From an uncultured Fibrobacterota bacterium (GTDB taxonomy: Bacteria > Fibrobacterota > Chitinivibrionia > Chitinivibrionales > FEN-1185), in assembly GCA_963729895.1 (NCBI GenBank), contig CAVSQB010000026.1, positions 96,001 to 160,000 of the forward strand: a stretch of 64,000 nt of DNA, in the 5' to 3' direction. The notes beneath the pieces were generated by a model. It saw only the letters and a list, made by a program, of their open reading frames with translations, was not told the origin of the DNA and ran no database searches. Positions 45,838 to 56,125 of the stretch are shown here, piece by piece. The first letter of the stretch is position 1, and each line of letters begins with the position of its first letter. The translations under genes were made by a program, and so were the position numbers.

Positions 45838-46980
45838 ATGGGTGCCATCTGCACCGCGGGTTCTGGCGTGCGCGCCGGATGCGACGCGGTGTTCCAAGGA
45901 AAAGATTGCCTCACTCCTTTGTCTCTTTTCGAAAGCGGACTCAAGGCCCCGCCGCTGTGCGGCCAGGTGGCCGGCCTTTCCGACGAATTCGCCTCGCCCA
46001 CCAGGACCATCGCGCTCGCCTGCAGCGCCGCACGTGAAGCGCTCTCTGTTGTAAAGAACCGCCGGGGCCTGTCGATAGGCCTCGTTTTCGCCACCACCGT
46101 GGGCGGCATCTCGCGGTCGGAACTGTTCTACCGGGCGTACCGCACCGATCCGGCCGTGGCGTCACGCGCGGCCGGAGAACTTGCTTTTCACGAACCGTGC
46201 GCCGCCTCGGGTTTTGTGTGCCGCGCGTTCGGGCTGGCCGGCTTTGTCACCCTGTCTACCGCCTGTTCCACCGGGCTTCACGCAGTGGGAACGGCAAAGC
46301 GTCTCGTGGAGCAGGGCGCGTTCGACGCGTGCCTCGCCGTGGGTGCCGACGCGCTCGCCCTGCTCACCATCCGGGGATTTTCGAGCCTCATGCTCATCGA
46401 CCCCACGGGATGCAAACCGTTTGACGGCCGCAGGGCTGGTACGAGCCTCGGCGAAGGCGCGGCCGCGATGCTTGTCGCATCGGAAAAGACGGCGGCCGCG
46501 TTCGGCGCCATGCCCCTTGTCCGTATCTCCGGATGGGGCGCCTCGGCCGACTGCCACCACATGACCGCGCCGCATCCCGAGGGAGTCGGCGCCCAAAAAG
46601 CCATCGCCGCCGCGCTTGCGGAAGCGGAAGTCTCGCCCGCCGATATCGGCGCCGTAGCCACCCACGGCACGGCAACTCCGGACAACGACAGGTCGGAGAT
46701 CGCAGCACTCAGGGCCGTTTTCGGCCGGGTCCCTCCTTTTTTCTCTGTGAAACGGACGCTGGGCCACACGCTTGCCGCGTCGGGAATACTCGAGGCGGTG
46801 TTCGCGGTGCGCGCGATGCAGGACGGCATCGTCCCTCCCACGGCGGGATTCGAACAGGCCGATCCGGCCATCGGCCTGGCCCCGTCGAACTTTTTACGGA
46901 CACCCATGCGCCATATTCTCAAGAATTCGTTCGGTTTCGGGGGTAACAACGCCTCTGCCGTTTTTTCGCTTGATGCATAG
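45838..46980 (+). CDS. Beta-ketoacyl-ACP synthase (FabF-like)
   Basis: STACSTG, HHMTAPHPEG, HGTATPDND, GHTLAASG, NSFGFGGNN. Confidence 0.92.
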   Translation: MGAICTAGSGVRAGCDAVFQGKDCLTPLSLFESGLKAPPLCGQVAGLSDEFASPTRTIALACSAAREALSVVKNRRGLSIGLVFATTVGGISRSELFYRAYRTDPAVASRAAGELAFHEPCAASGFVCRAFGLAGFVTLSTACSTGLHAVGTAKRLVEQGAFDACLAVGADALALLTIRGFSSLMLIDPTGCKPFDGRRAGTSLGEGAAAMLVASEKTAAAFGAMPLVRISGWGASADCHHMTAPHPEGVGAQKAIAAALAEAEVSPADIGAVATHGTATPDNDRSEIAALRAVFGRVPPFFSVKRTLGHTLAASGILEAVFAVRAMQDGIVPPTAGFEQADPAIGLAPSNFLRTPMRHILKNSFGFGGNNASAVFSLDA

Positions 46981-46989
46981 GATTTTCAC

Positions 46990-47790
46990 ATGATGAGTGC
47001 CCTTAACATTCGCGGATACAGCGCGGCGATTCCGGGTGCGGACGGTGCGTGGCAGGCCGAACTACCCGCGCACATAAAGCGCCGCGACCCGCGCATCTGG
47101 ACCATGGCCTATGCTGCAACGGCCCGGCTGCTCAAAACGATTTCGGAAAAGCCGCGTTCCCTGTGCGTCGGCACCGCCCTGGGCGCTCTTGACGAAACCA
47201 AGAACTTCCTTGACGGCGTATTCAAGGACGGGTTCGGCTCTCCCAGGAATTTCATAGCGTCGGTGCACAACAGCATGGCCGGGAAACTCGCGCTCGAGTT
47301 TTCCATAGACGGTCCCAACCTGACCCTGTGCGACGGCCAGAATTCATTCGCCTCGGCGCTTGCCGTGTGCGGCCTTTTGCCCGGCGACTCGTTCCCGTGC
47401 CTTGTGGTGGCGGTGGACGAAGCCGTTCCATTATTGCAAGAACTGGCCCCGCATTTGTCGATAGAGTGCCAAACAGGAACTGCCGCCATGGGCGAGGAAG
47501 GCGCGGTTGCCCTGCTTCTCGACAGGAGTTCCCCGGCATGCCTTCCCGCGATCCGGGCCGTTACGCCGACGCCCGTCGGCCCGCACACTCCCGAAGCGTG
47601 CGCTGCCGCGCTTGCGGAATCGTTCGGCGCCAAAGCCGCAGCGGTGCGGCCGCTGGAAGACTGCCGATCGTTTTTGAGCGCCGCCCTTCAGGTGCACGCA
47701 GTCCTTGGTTCCGCCGGTCCGGGAACATTCATTGTTCCGTCTTATTCACCTTCGTCAATGGCCTGCGCGGCCATCGAGGTAACCGTATGA
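46990..47790 (+). CDS. Ketosynthase chain-length factor
   Basis: 'RR...MA', 'GTALG', 'SP..F..SVHN..AG.LA'. Confidence 0.82.
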   Translation: MMSALNIRGYSAAIPGADGAWQAELPAHIKRRDPRIWTMAYAATARLLKTISEKPRSLCVGTALGALDETKNFLDGVFKDGFGSPRNFIASVHNSMAGKLALEFSIDGPNLTLCDGQNSFASALAVCGLLPGDSFPCLVVAVDEAVPLLQELAPHLSIECQTGTAAMGEEGAVALLLDRSSPACLPAIRAVTPTPVGPHTPEACAAALAESFGAKAAAVRPLEDCRSFLSAALQVHAVLGSAGPGTFIVPSYSPSSMACAAIEVTV

Positions 47791-48590
47791 CAACGCTTGG
47801 ATTCTGGCTCGTCTCCCTTGCAGGTCTCGCCATCGCGTTTTTGGTCCTGCCCGAGGTGCGTTCCATTGTGGCCATGCTGGCCGTCCCCTACGTCGCGGTG
47901 TTTGTGTGGGGCATCTTCGACCTGCGGAGCAATTTCTTTGTCCGCGCATTCATCCGCAACAAGGCAGAGCCCAGGGCTATCGGCCTCACGTTCGATGACG
48001 GTCCCGACGAAAACCTAACAAACGACATTCTTGACCTGCTCAAACGTTTCGGGTTTAGTGCGACCTTTTTTGTGGTGGGAAAACGGGCGGAAGCGAATCC
48101 CGGCATCGTGAAGCGCATGCTTTCCGAAGGCAATGTCGTTGCATGTCACGACCTCACCCACTCGCTCGCGTCAAATTTCCGCTTCTCGGGAGCGATGGTG
48201 CGCGACATTGGGGCCGCGCAGGCCATTGTCCTCGCCATCATAGGGGCAAAACCACTGTTGTACAGGCCGCCCGTGGGACTTGCCAACCCGCACCTCGGCC
48301 GCGCGCTTGCCCGGCTTTCCATGGCCTGCGTCGGCTGGAGCAGGAGCGCCCGGGACGGCGGCAATAGACAACCGGGAGGCATCCGAAGGATTTCGGCCCT
48401 TGCGGTGCGCGCCGGCGACGTCGTCCTGCTGCACGATTGTCTGCCCAAACCGGAGTACAAGAAGGAAATCCTGGAGCAGCTTGAAGCACTTTTTGAGAAA
48501 GTAAAGAAGGCCGGGCTCGAACCTGTGGGAATAAACGAGTTGTTTGATTGTGCTGGCTATGCGATGCCGAAGAAAGAAGAGAAGAACTGA
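47787..48590 (+). CDS. Polysaccharide deacetylase (CE4) with N-terminal TM helices
   Basis: LTFDDGP, ATFFVVG, H..TH, YRPPVG, VLLHD. Confidence 0.9.
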   Translation: MTTLGFWLVSLAGLAIAFLVLPEVRSIVAMLAVPYVAVFVWGIFDLRSNFFVRAFIRNKAEPRAIGLTFDDGPDENLTNDILDLLKRFGFSATFFVVGKRAEANPGIVKRMLSEGNVVACHDLTHSLASNFRFSGAMVRDIGAAQAIVLAIIGAKPLLYRPPVGLANPHLGRALARLSMACVGWSRSARDGGNRQPGGIRRISALAVRAGDVVLLHDCLPKPEYKKEILEQLEALFEKVKKAGLEPVGINELFDCAGYAMPKKEEKN

Positions 48591-48650
48591 TCGAACGTGA
48601 ACGCCGGACGAACCCTGCGCCGTGCGGTTCCAATTCCGGCGCCACCCCTC

Positions 48651-49667
48651 CTACTTTCCAACCCCAACGCTGTCTTTCTTTACCGCAGTAGTATCTGTCA
48701 ATGCCTTTCCCGGCCCCTCGCTTATTCCCGTTCGGGATGAATCGGGCGCCGCCGCGGGCCTGCCCTCGATCATCCCTTGTCTTTCCGGAGCCGTTGGGAC
48801 ATTCCGTTTCGGCAGGGCCGCATTATACTTTTCAATCGCCTTGTTTCTTATCACCGATGAAACCACCGCGGTAACAATGCTGAACGCGGTCAGACTGACG
48901 CCGATGGTAAGGTTGAGGTCACGCGCTTTCTTATCTATTGCAAACGAAGTATCCCCGAAATATTCCTGCAGGTAGGAGATGAGGGCAAGGCCCAGGAAAG
49001 TGCCGGCCCATGCGCCGGCCTGGATGCCGGTTTCCCTGAAAACCGCGGACCACACGGAGCGGGCGCGCGATGCGGGCTGGTCCATGAGTACGCCGTACAA
49101 GACGGGTTCGGAAAAACCCAGTCCGCCTTGCGTGTAGGCGCCATAGCCCTTCTTTTCGATGCGCAGGTCCGGCTCGGCGTCCTTGGAGAACTTCTTCATC
49201 GCCGAGGCGTTATAGGCAAGCGCACCCTCATGCAGCAGGTAGTCTGAGCGGTCGTACAGTCTCGACTGGACAAACGATGCCGCCTCGGTGCCGATCGTGA
49301 GCGGGATAGTGAATTTGTAAAGGCTGTTGCTGAAGGGCTCCTTTCTTCCGGTGGTGTCGATACTGATGCTCTGGTTCTTGATTGCCTCAAGGACCTGGTT
49401 GATTTCATAGGCGAATATCCCGAGGTTGACGCACCACAGTGTGGCGCCGATTGCGTGCCCGCTCCATTTGTAGCCGAGGGAACGGTCCGCCAAGCCGGCG
49501 CTGGTGTCCTGCTTGAGCAAAAACCTCTCAACCCGGAAGCGGCTCACCGGACGGCCGGCCTGTAAAAAATGCCCTTCAATCGGCAGAGAATCGGAAAGAG
49601 GGGCAGCAGCTGCGCATGCTGCAAGAAGCGGCAGGTACATGAACAGTACGCGTTTGAATGGGATCAT
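48651..49667 (-). CDS. Hypothetical membrane protein with a two-fold internal repeat
   Basis: Two segments 'Q.G...L..Q..S...[TM]...[TM]...A..YNA'. Confidence 0.55.
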   Translation of the reverse strand: MIPFKRVLFMYLPLLAACAAAAPLSDSLPIEGHFLQAGRPVSRFRVERFLLKQDTSAGLADRSLGYKWSGHAIGATLWCVNLGIFAYEINQVLEAIKNQSISIDTTGRKEPFSNSLYKFTIPLTIGTEAASFVQSRLYDRSDYLLHEGALAYNASAMKKFSKDAEPDLRIEKKGYGAYTQGGLGFSEPVLYGVLMDQPASRARSVWSAVFRETGIQAGAWAGTFLGLALISYLQEYFGDTSFAIDKKARDLNLTIGVSLTAFSIVTAVVSSVIRNKAIEKYNAALPKRNVPTAPERQGMIEGRPAAAPDSSRTGISEGPGKALTDTTAVKKDSVGVGK

Positions 49668-49967
49668 AAGGATTGCCCGAACCGTCCTCAGTTGAGAATA
49701 TACACGTGACGCCTTGAAATTTAACTAAATTCCGCACTTTTTCAGGCTGTTTTGTCGATTTGCACGCGCTCGGAAAAGACGGAAATCCGGACATCAAGAA
49801 GATAAAAGCGTTGATCTTTGATCCTGCAGACCGCGGCTTCTATGGAGTTGCCCTTGTCTAGGTGACGCATTTTCGGAAGGCAAGAAGACCGAAAAATAGG
49901 AAGGCGAAGTGAACGACTATCTGTTTTGATTCAATTCTTCTCAGTGGTGTGTCGAATATTCTTCAAT

Positions 49968-50612
49968 CTATTCGGCAAGCCTAGCGCCCATTTCAAAGGC
50001 CTTCTGGCAATCCTTTGGAAATACCTCCTTGTGCCGCTTAGTTTTGGCTTCAGCATCGAAAGCTGAGGCCATATACTTGGAATAGTCTTCAAATTGATAC
50101 GTATCGGTAGCTAGCAGCGACTCTGATGGCCCTCCAAAAATCCTGTTCATGATCGATTCCATCAATTTGAATTGTTGGTCCCATCCCATTTCTTTGATCC
50201 TGCTTTCCGGTGCACCCATGGTATAAATGAATCCTGTCGGTATCTTCTTCTTGAACAGAGATGAACGTTCCCGATCATACACAGAGTAGGGAAACATAAG
50301 ACGTTCCAAAAATGACCTCATTATGCCGGTTGCCGCTCCAAAGTAGATGGGAGAGCCAAGGATTATTGCATCGGCTTCTTCAACTCGGCCCAAGAAGGGT
50401 GTTAGCTCATCTTTGACAACGCACTTGCCATAACTCTTGCCGCCTTTCAGTTTGCACGAAAAGCAACTCTCACAACCTTTGTAATTGAGATCGTAAAGCT
50501 GGGTAAGTTCCGTCTCCGCACCTTTTGAAACTGCGCCTTCCATCGCCTTGTTCAATAAGGTTGCCGTATTCCAGGATCTTCGAGGACTGCCGCTGAATAC
50601 CATTACCTTCAT
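49968..50612 (-). CDS. Flavodoxin-family / iron-sulfur flavoprotein (NADPH-dependent FMN reductase fold)
   Basis: GSPRRSWNT, C.SCFSC...C..KD, GSPIYFG. Confidence 0.88.
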   Translation of the reverse strand: MKVMVFSGSPRRSWNTATLLNKAMEGAVSKGAETELTQLYDLNYKGCESCFSCKLKGGKSYGKCVVKDELTPFLGRVEEADAIILGSPIYFGAATGIMRSFLERLMFPYSVYDRERSSLFKKKIPTGFIYTMGAPESRIKEMGWDQQFKLMESIMNRIFGGPSESLLATDTYQFEDYSKYMASAFDAEAKTKRHKEVFPKDCQKAFEMGARLAE

Positions 50613-50674
50613 AAACTGTACCTCCCGTTGCAGATACCGATTTGTTTACTAGCCAAACATCGCTTTTGTTTCCT

Positions 50675-51818
50675 CTATTCCTTGAATAACGAAACCGCTT
50701 CTTTTATGAGTGATGATATAGGAAGCTCCTGTGGACAGACCTGCTCGCACGCCTTGCACTCGGTGCATTTGCTTGCTTTGCCGTCTATGCGGAGGTAACC
50801 AGCAAGCCATGGATTCGGGTCATTCCAGATCGCGGCGGTATTGAGGGCAGCCAGAACACCGGGGATATCAACTCCGGATGTGCATGGCATGCAATATCGG
50901 CAGGCCGTGCAATCCGCCTTTTTTCTTGTTTCCAGTGCACTTCGCAGCTTGTCAAACATCAACAATTCTTCTTTGTTAAGAGAATTCGCAAGCCCGCCGT
51001 CGGCAGCCTGAATGTTTTCAATCACCTGCTCCATGCTGTTCATGCCCGAAAGAAGACTTGATACGCCGGATTCGTTCCAAACGAAGCGTAATGCCCATTC
51101 TGCGGGGCTCCGTTTCGTGGACGTAAGAAAGGCCGACGCCATTTCCGCAGGAAGATTCTGAGCGAGTTTGCCGCCTCTCAACGGCTCCATCACCACCACA
51201 CCCATTCCTTTTATCAGCAGCATACCTTAGGCCCTTATGTCCCGCTTGAAAAGCTACATCCATGTAGTTATACTGGATCTGCGCGTATGCCCAGTCGTAT
51301 TCGCCGCATATTCGGATGAAGTCTTCAGCCTTTCCATGAAACGAAAAGGCAGGGAACCTAAACATTCCTTCGGCTTTCTTCTTATCCAAAACCTCGCGGA
51401 CGCCAAGATCGCGCATCCTATTCCACGCTTCACCATCGAGGCCATGCAGGAGATAAAAGTCGAAATAACCTGTTTTCAATCTTTCCAACTGCTCCTTCAG
51501 AAATGCATCTATCTGCTCGCGTTCCTTGATTTTAAAAACCGGCATTTTGGTGGCAAGATGAACCTTTTTCCGCCAGCTTCCTGACAACGCCTCACCCAGA
51601 AAGACTTCGCTTTCACCACGCTGAAGGAAGGCCGGCGCATGATAGAAATAGGCTGTATCAACAAAGTTGACCCCGTGGTCGATTGCATAATGAAGCAATT
51701 GGGTCGCTTTTGGAAAGTCTATCTTGTCAGCTTTGTTACCTATGGTCGGGAGCCGCATGCATCCAAATCCAAGAATCGAAAGATCAATCCCTGTTTTGCC
51801 GAGTTTCCGATAGAGCAT
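50675..51818 (-). pseudogene. Aldo/keto reductase with C-terminal 4Fe-4S dicluster, split by a 1-nt insertion
   Basis: LGFGCMRLP, DTAYFY, QIQYNYMD in one frame; MEPLRGG and CTACRYCMPC / CTECKACEQVCPQ in the other; extra base in the T4 run at 51209-51212. Confidence 0.85.
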
Positions 51819-52027
51819 GAAGTGTCCTTTCGGGTTCCAAATTCACAAGAAGGGCAAATATACAATCCGGCCCTTTCATCGAGGAATCCTGTGATAACCT
51901 GAGCGAATCGACCTCTCTGATCGATTGTCAGAGCCAGCGTCGGACCTGCGAGGGATTCTCCTGCAAGCAGCGGAAACTGTCGCCTCTGCACCTTCACGCC
52001 AACCGGCCTGCCGGGTGCAATTTCAGC

Positions 52028-52055
52028 AAAAAGGCCGGAAGATTCATCCCGGCCT
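52028..52055 (-). terminator. Intrinsic terminator after the NmrA-like gene
   Basis: aggccggga...ttccggcc followed by T5 on the minus strand. Confidence 0.6.
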
Positions 52056-52085
52056 CAGGGTCATAGTGGCGTTTAGGATTGACGC

Positions 52086-52976
52086 CTAAGCTGCTTTTTT
52101 GAAAGCTGGGGCGAATACTTCCTGGACAAATTCCCTGAAAGAAGTGGAAACGTTGGGTCGTAACGGGTCGATTAGGGTCGGATGGATCATCCCTTTTCCT
52201 ATGGCAAGAGATAATTCCACAAATGAACGGGCCAAGTTATCGCTCATGCCCATACCCGTCATCGCTGCGATGGCATCTGTGTCGGAGAATTGAACATAGG
52301 GCAAGTCCGGCATCCCAAGGGCTTCGCCAATCTGTCTTGTTGCCTCTCGGTACGAGATTCGATCTCCAAACAAGTCTATGATTGTACAACCGGTTGATAA
52401 CCGCGTTACCAACAATTCTGCAGCTCTTCCTGCAATGTCCTTGGTTGCGACCATAGAGATGGGTGCGTCAGGCGGAGTGGTATTTCCGTTGATGTGTTTA
52501 TCTTTTATCAGTGAAGCATTCATCAACGTGTTTTCCATGAAATACCCTGCTCTGACAATCGCCATGCTGACTTTCTTCAGCATGCCCAATTTTAATTCCA
52601 TATCATGAAGCCCAATGATAGGACCAGACCCGGAATCCAGTTCCGCCCCAAGGCTTGATAAAAAGACAACTTGTTTCACCTTGGATTTCCGTATAGCCTC
52701 CACTGCAATGTTTCCCATATTGTTGTAATGCGCTCGATAATCGTTTACATCCATTCTTGGCGGAATCATCAGGTAAACGGCGTCACTTTCCTTAAAGGCC
52801 CTGCTTAAGAATGAAAAATCGCCTTGATCTCCGACGGCAATATCAGCACCCCTCTCTTTGAATACTTTGAGTCTCTCTTCAGATCTTCCAATAACGCGAA
52901 TTTTTTTTCCTTTTTCGATAAGCAAATTTGCAATTTTTGATCCTGTCTTGCCTGTTGCGCCTGTAATTGTAATCAT
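52086..52976 (-). CDS. NmrA-family NAD(P)-binding protein
   Basis: MITITGATGKTG, VVFLSSLGA, R.GYFMEN, MVATKDIA. Confidence 0.88.
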   Translation of the reverse strand: MITITGATGKTGSKIANLLIEKGKKIRVIGRSEERLKVFKERGADIAVGDQGDFSFLSRAFKESDAVYLMIPPRMDVNDYRAHYNNMGNIAVEAIRKSKVKQVVFLSSLGAELDSGSGPIIGLHDMELKLGMLKKVSMAIVRAGYFMENTLMNASLIKDKHINGNTTPPDAPISMVATKDIAGRAAELLVTRLSTGCTIIDLFGDRISYREATRQIGEALGMPDLPYVQFSDTDAIAAMTGMGMSDNLARSFVELSLAIGKGMIHPTLIDPLRPNVSTSFREFVQEVFAPAFKKAA

Positions 52977-53263
52977 GCTTTTCCTCCTCTTGTGTTTTCT
53001 TCCCTTCCCTCTGTAATTACTCAAAAGTCCCGTCGAATTCATGCCTTAAAACAGTTCCGTTTCGTTGCTTCATCTGAATGTATTACAAAGCAAAGAGGAT
53101 GCCGAAGTAGCCGCTGACAAGTTCAGCTTCATAAGAGAAGATGGAGCAATAATTGCTGTTCTATTTTGTGGTTGCCAAGGGTGATTCGTAACCAAAGAAG
53201 TGATTTTGAGCTAGGAAGAGTGCATTTCGGGCAGCTGAACACCCTGGCAAGGAGGGCACGAAA

Positions 53264-53632
53264 ATGAGTCATAAGCTTAAGGTTGTAGTAGTGGACGATG
53301 AAAAACAAATCACCGAACTTCTGGCGAGTTTCTTGCCGCTAGTAGGCCAGGCAGTGGAAGTCCGCACATTCAATGACTCGATTGTTGCAAAGGAGTTTAT
53401 TGCCCACAACCCCGTGGACCTGCTCATAACCGATTATAAGATGCCGCAATTCGATGGGCTCCAGCTTATTGAGTCAGCTCCGCCACAAGTGAGAAAAGTC
53501 ATGCTTTCCGGCTATCTTTCGGAGATTGCCCAAGACAAACTGCGTGCACCTAACACCACATTTTTCGAGAAGCCCGTACCGTTGCGTGCCCTTGCAAAGG
53601 TTATTTCGGAGCAACAGAAACAAATCCAGTGA
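53264..53632 (+). CDS. Single-domain response regulator
   Basis: VVDDE, LITDYKMP.FDG, SG, KP. Confidence 0.88.
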   Translation: MSHKLKVVVVDDEKQITELLASFLPLVGQAVEVRTFNDSIVAKEFIAHNPVDLLITDYKMPQFDGLQLIESAPPQVRKVMLSGYLSEIAQDKLRAPNTTFFEKPVPLRALAKVISEQQKQIQ

Positions 53633-53961
53633 TGCGACAATCGAAATTGCCTCAACGGACGTCAAACATTTGAGGAAATTTTAAGGGATGGTTGGAGCTG
53701 TCGTCATAGTGTTCGGGATATACCGTACAGGGGGCAGATTAGTCAAACGAGAGCTGCCGAAATTGTCAGGATGGACAGGACGGCAGCAGGGCCTTTGCCG
53801 TGGTCCGCAGCCGTGAAGAAACCACCGGAAGAAATGTGCCCGCATACATCTGCCGCAGTTTATCTTAGAGCTTATTCGCTGGGCGGCGCACGCTACCGGA
53901 GTGAAGGGACTGCGGGTGCCTTACCGGACATGAAGGACGAAACCGAACTCAGGATTCCCGA

Positions 53962-54324
53962 ATGGATACGGCATTGATATATGCAACAAAGAACGTCGTC
54001 GCGTCCCCCGACGGATCCGAACTCACCGCCGAATTCATGTTTTCAAAGGACGACCCGATTTTTGCCGGGCACTTCCCGGGCCGGCCGGTCATTCCCGCCG
54101 TGTACCAGGTCGGGTTGTGCAGAAGGATCGTGGAGCGATTTGTAAATTCGGCCTTCACGGGGATTGCAAAGTCCCGCTTTTCAAGAATGTGCGTGCCGGA
54201 TATGCCGTACGAAGTAACCATCTCCCTTTCAAGAAACGGAAACGCGGTCGAGGCCGCATGTTCGATTCACAGTACCACGGAAAAAGCGCTGTGTTCGAAG
54301 ATGGTCCTGCTGTTTGCGCCCTAG
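53962..54324 (+). CDS. Hotdog-fold dehydratase (ApeI/FabZ-like)
   Basis: IFAGHFPGRPVIPAV. Confidence 0.82.
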   Translation: MDTALIYATKNVVASPDGSELTAEFMFSKDDPIFAGHFPGRPVIPAVYQVGLCRRIVERFVNSAFTGIAKSRFSRMCVPDMPYEVTISLSRNGNAVEAACSIHSTTEKALCSKMVLLFAP

Positions 54325-55922
54325 TTCTTCCGGCGCCTGCGACGGATTACCACAAGGACGATGCCGTACGCAATGAAGAGAACGGAAACCAGCACCGGCC
54401 AATCGCCCAGCGTCGTATACAGGGTGGGAATTCTGGCGATTTCCAGATTTCCCTCGAGGAATGTGCGCGTGTAAAGATTCGTCTTCCCCTTCACCCGGCC
54501 AAACTGGTCAACGAACATGGTGATGCCTGTATTGGCCGCCCGGGCGAGCGGCACGCCGTTTTCAATGGAGCGCATGCGCGCCATCGTCGCGTGCTGGAAC
54601 GCGCCCGACGTCTTTCCGAACCAGCCGTCATTGGTGATATTGACCAGCAGGTTGGCGCCGCGCCTCACCCTGTCCCTCACGAACCCGGGGTAGATGATCT
54701 CGTAGCAGATGAACGGGCCGGCCCTGACGGTATTCCCTATTGGAAAGACGACGGGATCTTTGCCGGTCTTGAAATCGGCCTGGCCGAGGTTCACGCGGCT
54801 CAAGATGGGAAACACCCCTGTAAACGGAAGCGTTTCCGAAAACGGCACGAGCTTCATCTTATAGTACGGGGAGTACTTTTGTGAAACGGGATCGATGTAG
54901 AAAGCCGTGTTGTACACGAGGTAGTCGTCGCGGGAGCCGCGCGGCGCAGGGTCCCAATGGAGCGCGCCCATGATGATCGGTTCCCCGAGTTCACGCGACC
55001 ATGCCGATACCCTCATGGCAAGCTGCGGCCGCCGGAGCAGATAGCAGAGAAGCGCGCTTTCCGGCATGATCACAAGGTCTGGTTTGTCCAGTGCAACCTT
55101 CTTGAGCATCTCCTCAAAAATGGAAAATGACGAATCGAGCGAATTGCTGCCCCAGTGGTTCTGGTCGATATTCCCCTGAAGCAATGCAATTGCCGTCGGT
55201 TTGACACCAGCGGGCTGTCCGGCATTCATCCGCACGAATCCCCAAACGGAGATGCCGACGAGGACCGCCGCGAATGCCGGAAGTGCAGGATCCATGGATC
55301 CTTTGCGCTTCAGCCTGCTCAGGAATTTCCATGCCAGCACGTTGCCCAGGATAACGGCAAAGCTCAACCCGTACACTCCGGTGACCGAAGCGAGCTGGGA
55401 CAGCGGCAGAAGCGGCGTCAGCGCGTAACCGGCCGAGTTCCATGGAAACGAAATCTCGCCAAGACTGCGCAGGTATTCAACGACCACCCAGATCCCTGGA
55501 AACACGACAACGATGAGCGCCGGAAAGGTCTTCCTGCTCCAGCGGAAAAGCAGGCCGAGCGCAAGAAAGTACAGGCCCTCGTACAAACAGACAAGCGCGA
55601 CGCCGATAAGCACAAGGTGCCACAGGCCTTCGGGAACGACACATGCGATCCAGTAGAACTGGCACCCGGAAGCGGTCAGGCCGAAGAAAAATGCGCGCCA
55701 CGCGGCGCCGCGAAGCGACGGGGCAAGGCTCACGAGAAACAGCGGCAGGCACATTCCAAAACTTAACAAGGGGAAAAACGTGAATGCCGGATGCAGCAAG
55801 CCGTTGAACGGCGGCATCGCAAGCGCGTACAACGCGCCGCCCGCGCACGAGATCCACAGGCCGTGCCTGGAGGCGGCAAAAGCTGTAAACCGGGAGAAAG
55901 CCGAGCTGAGTGATGACGACAC
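54321..55922 (-). CDS. lnt: Apolipoprotein N-acyltransferase
   Basis: FPW...GY, QGNI.Q, PES, Y.K..LVPFSE, ICYE, NITNDGWF, R.IENG...RAANTG. Confidence 0.95.
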   Translation of the reverse strand: MSSSLSSAFSRFTAFAASRHGLWISCAGGALYALAMPPFNGLLHPAFTFFPLLSFGMCLPLFLVSLAPSLRGAAWRAFFFGLTASGCQFYWIACVVPEGLWHLVLIGVALVCLYEGLYFLALGLLFRWSRKTFPALIVVVFPGIWVVVEYLRSLGEISFPWNSAGYALTPLLPLSQLASVTGVYGLSFAVILGNVLAWKFLSRLKRKGSMDPALPAFAAVLVGISVWGFVRMNAGQPAGVKPTAIALLQGNIDQNHWGSNSLDSSFSIFEEMLKKVALDKPDLVIMPESALLCYLLRRPQLAMRVSAWSRELGEPIIMGALHWDPAPRGSRDDYLVYNTAFYIDPVSQKYSPYYKMKLVPFSETLPFTGVFPILSRVNLGQADFKTGKDPVVFPIGNTVRAGPFICYEIIYPGFVRDRVRRGANLLVNITNDGWFGKTSGAFQHATMARMRSIENGVPLARAANTGITMFVDQFGRVKGKTNLYTRTFLEGNLEIARIPTLYTTLGDWPVLVSVLFIAYGIVLVVIRRRRRKN

Positions 55923-56058
55923 GGGAACATTCCGCCTTGTGAAGAGACTGTTAGCGAGAATTGATAACTGATGTGAACGGATTAAAATACGTTATTGGTA
56001 CGCATGATGAGTCGAAAGCCCGTGATGAGGACATTGAAAGCCTCCCCGGGGGGAGGTT

Positions 56059-56092
56059 GAGATTGCCACGTCGCTTCGCTCCTCGCAATGAC
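56059..56092 (+). repeat. REP-like element GAGATTGCCACGTCGCTTCGCTCCTCGCAATGAC
   Basis: Imperfect palindrome; related copy at 4783-4810; preceded by the hairpin cctcccc/ggggagg. Confidence 0.7.
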
Positions 56093-56125
56093 AATGAAAC
56101 ACCTGGAGATCTCTTCAATTTTATC

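Noticed and set aside
51860..51997. Short minus-strand ORF resembling a hydrolase C-terminal remnant
   Set aside because: Too short and degenerate to assign.
53690..53977. Fragment QGQISQTRAAEIVRMDR (HTH/antitoxin-like) and a 68-aa ORF
   Set aside because: No clear start and no partner gene; at most a relic at the island boundary.
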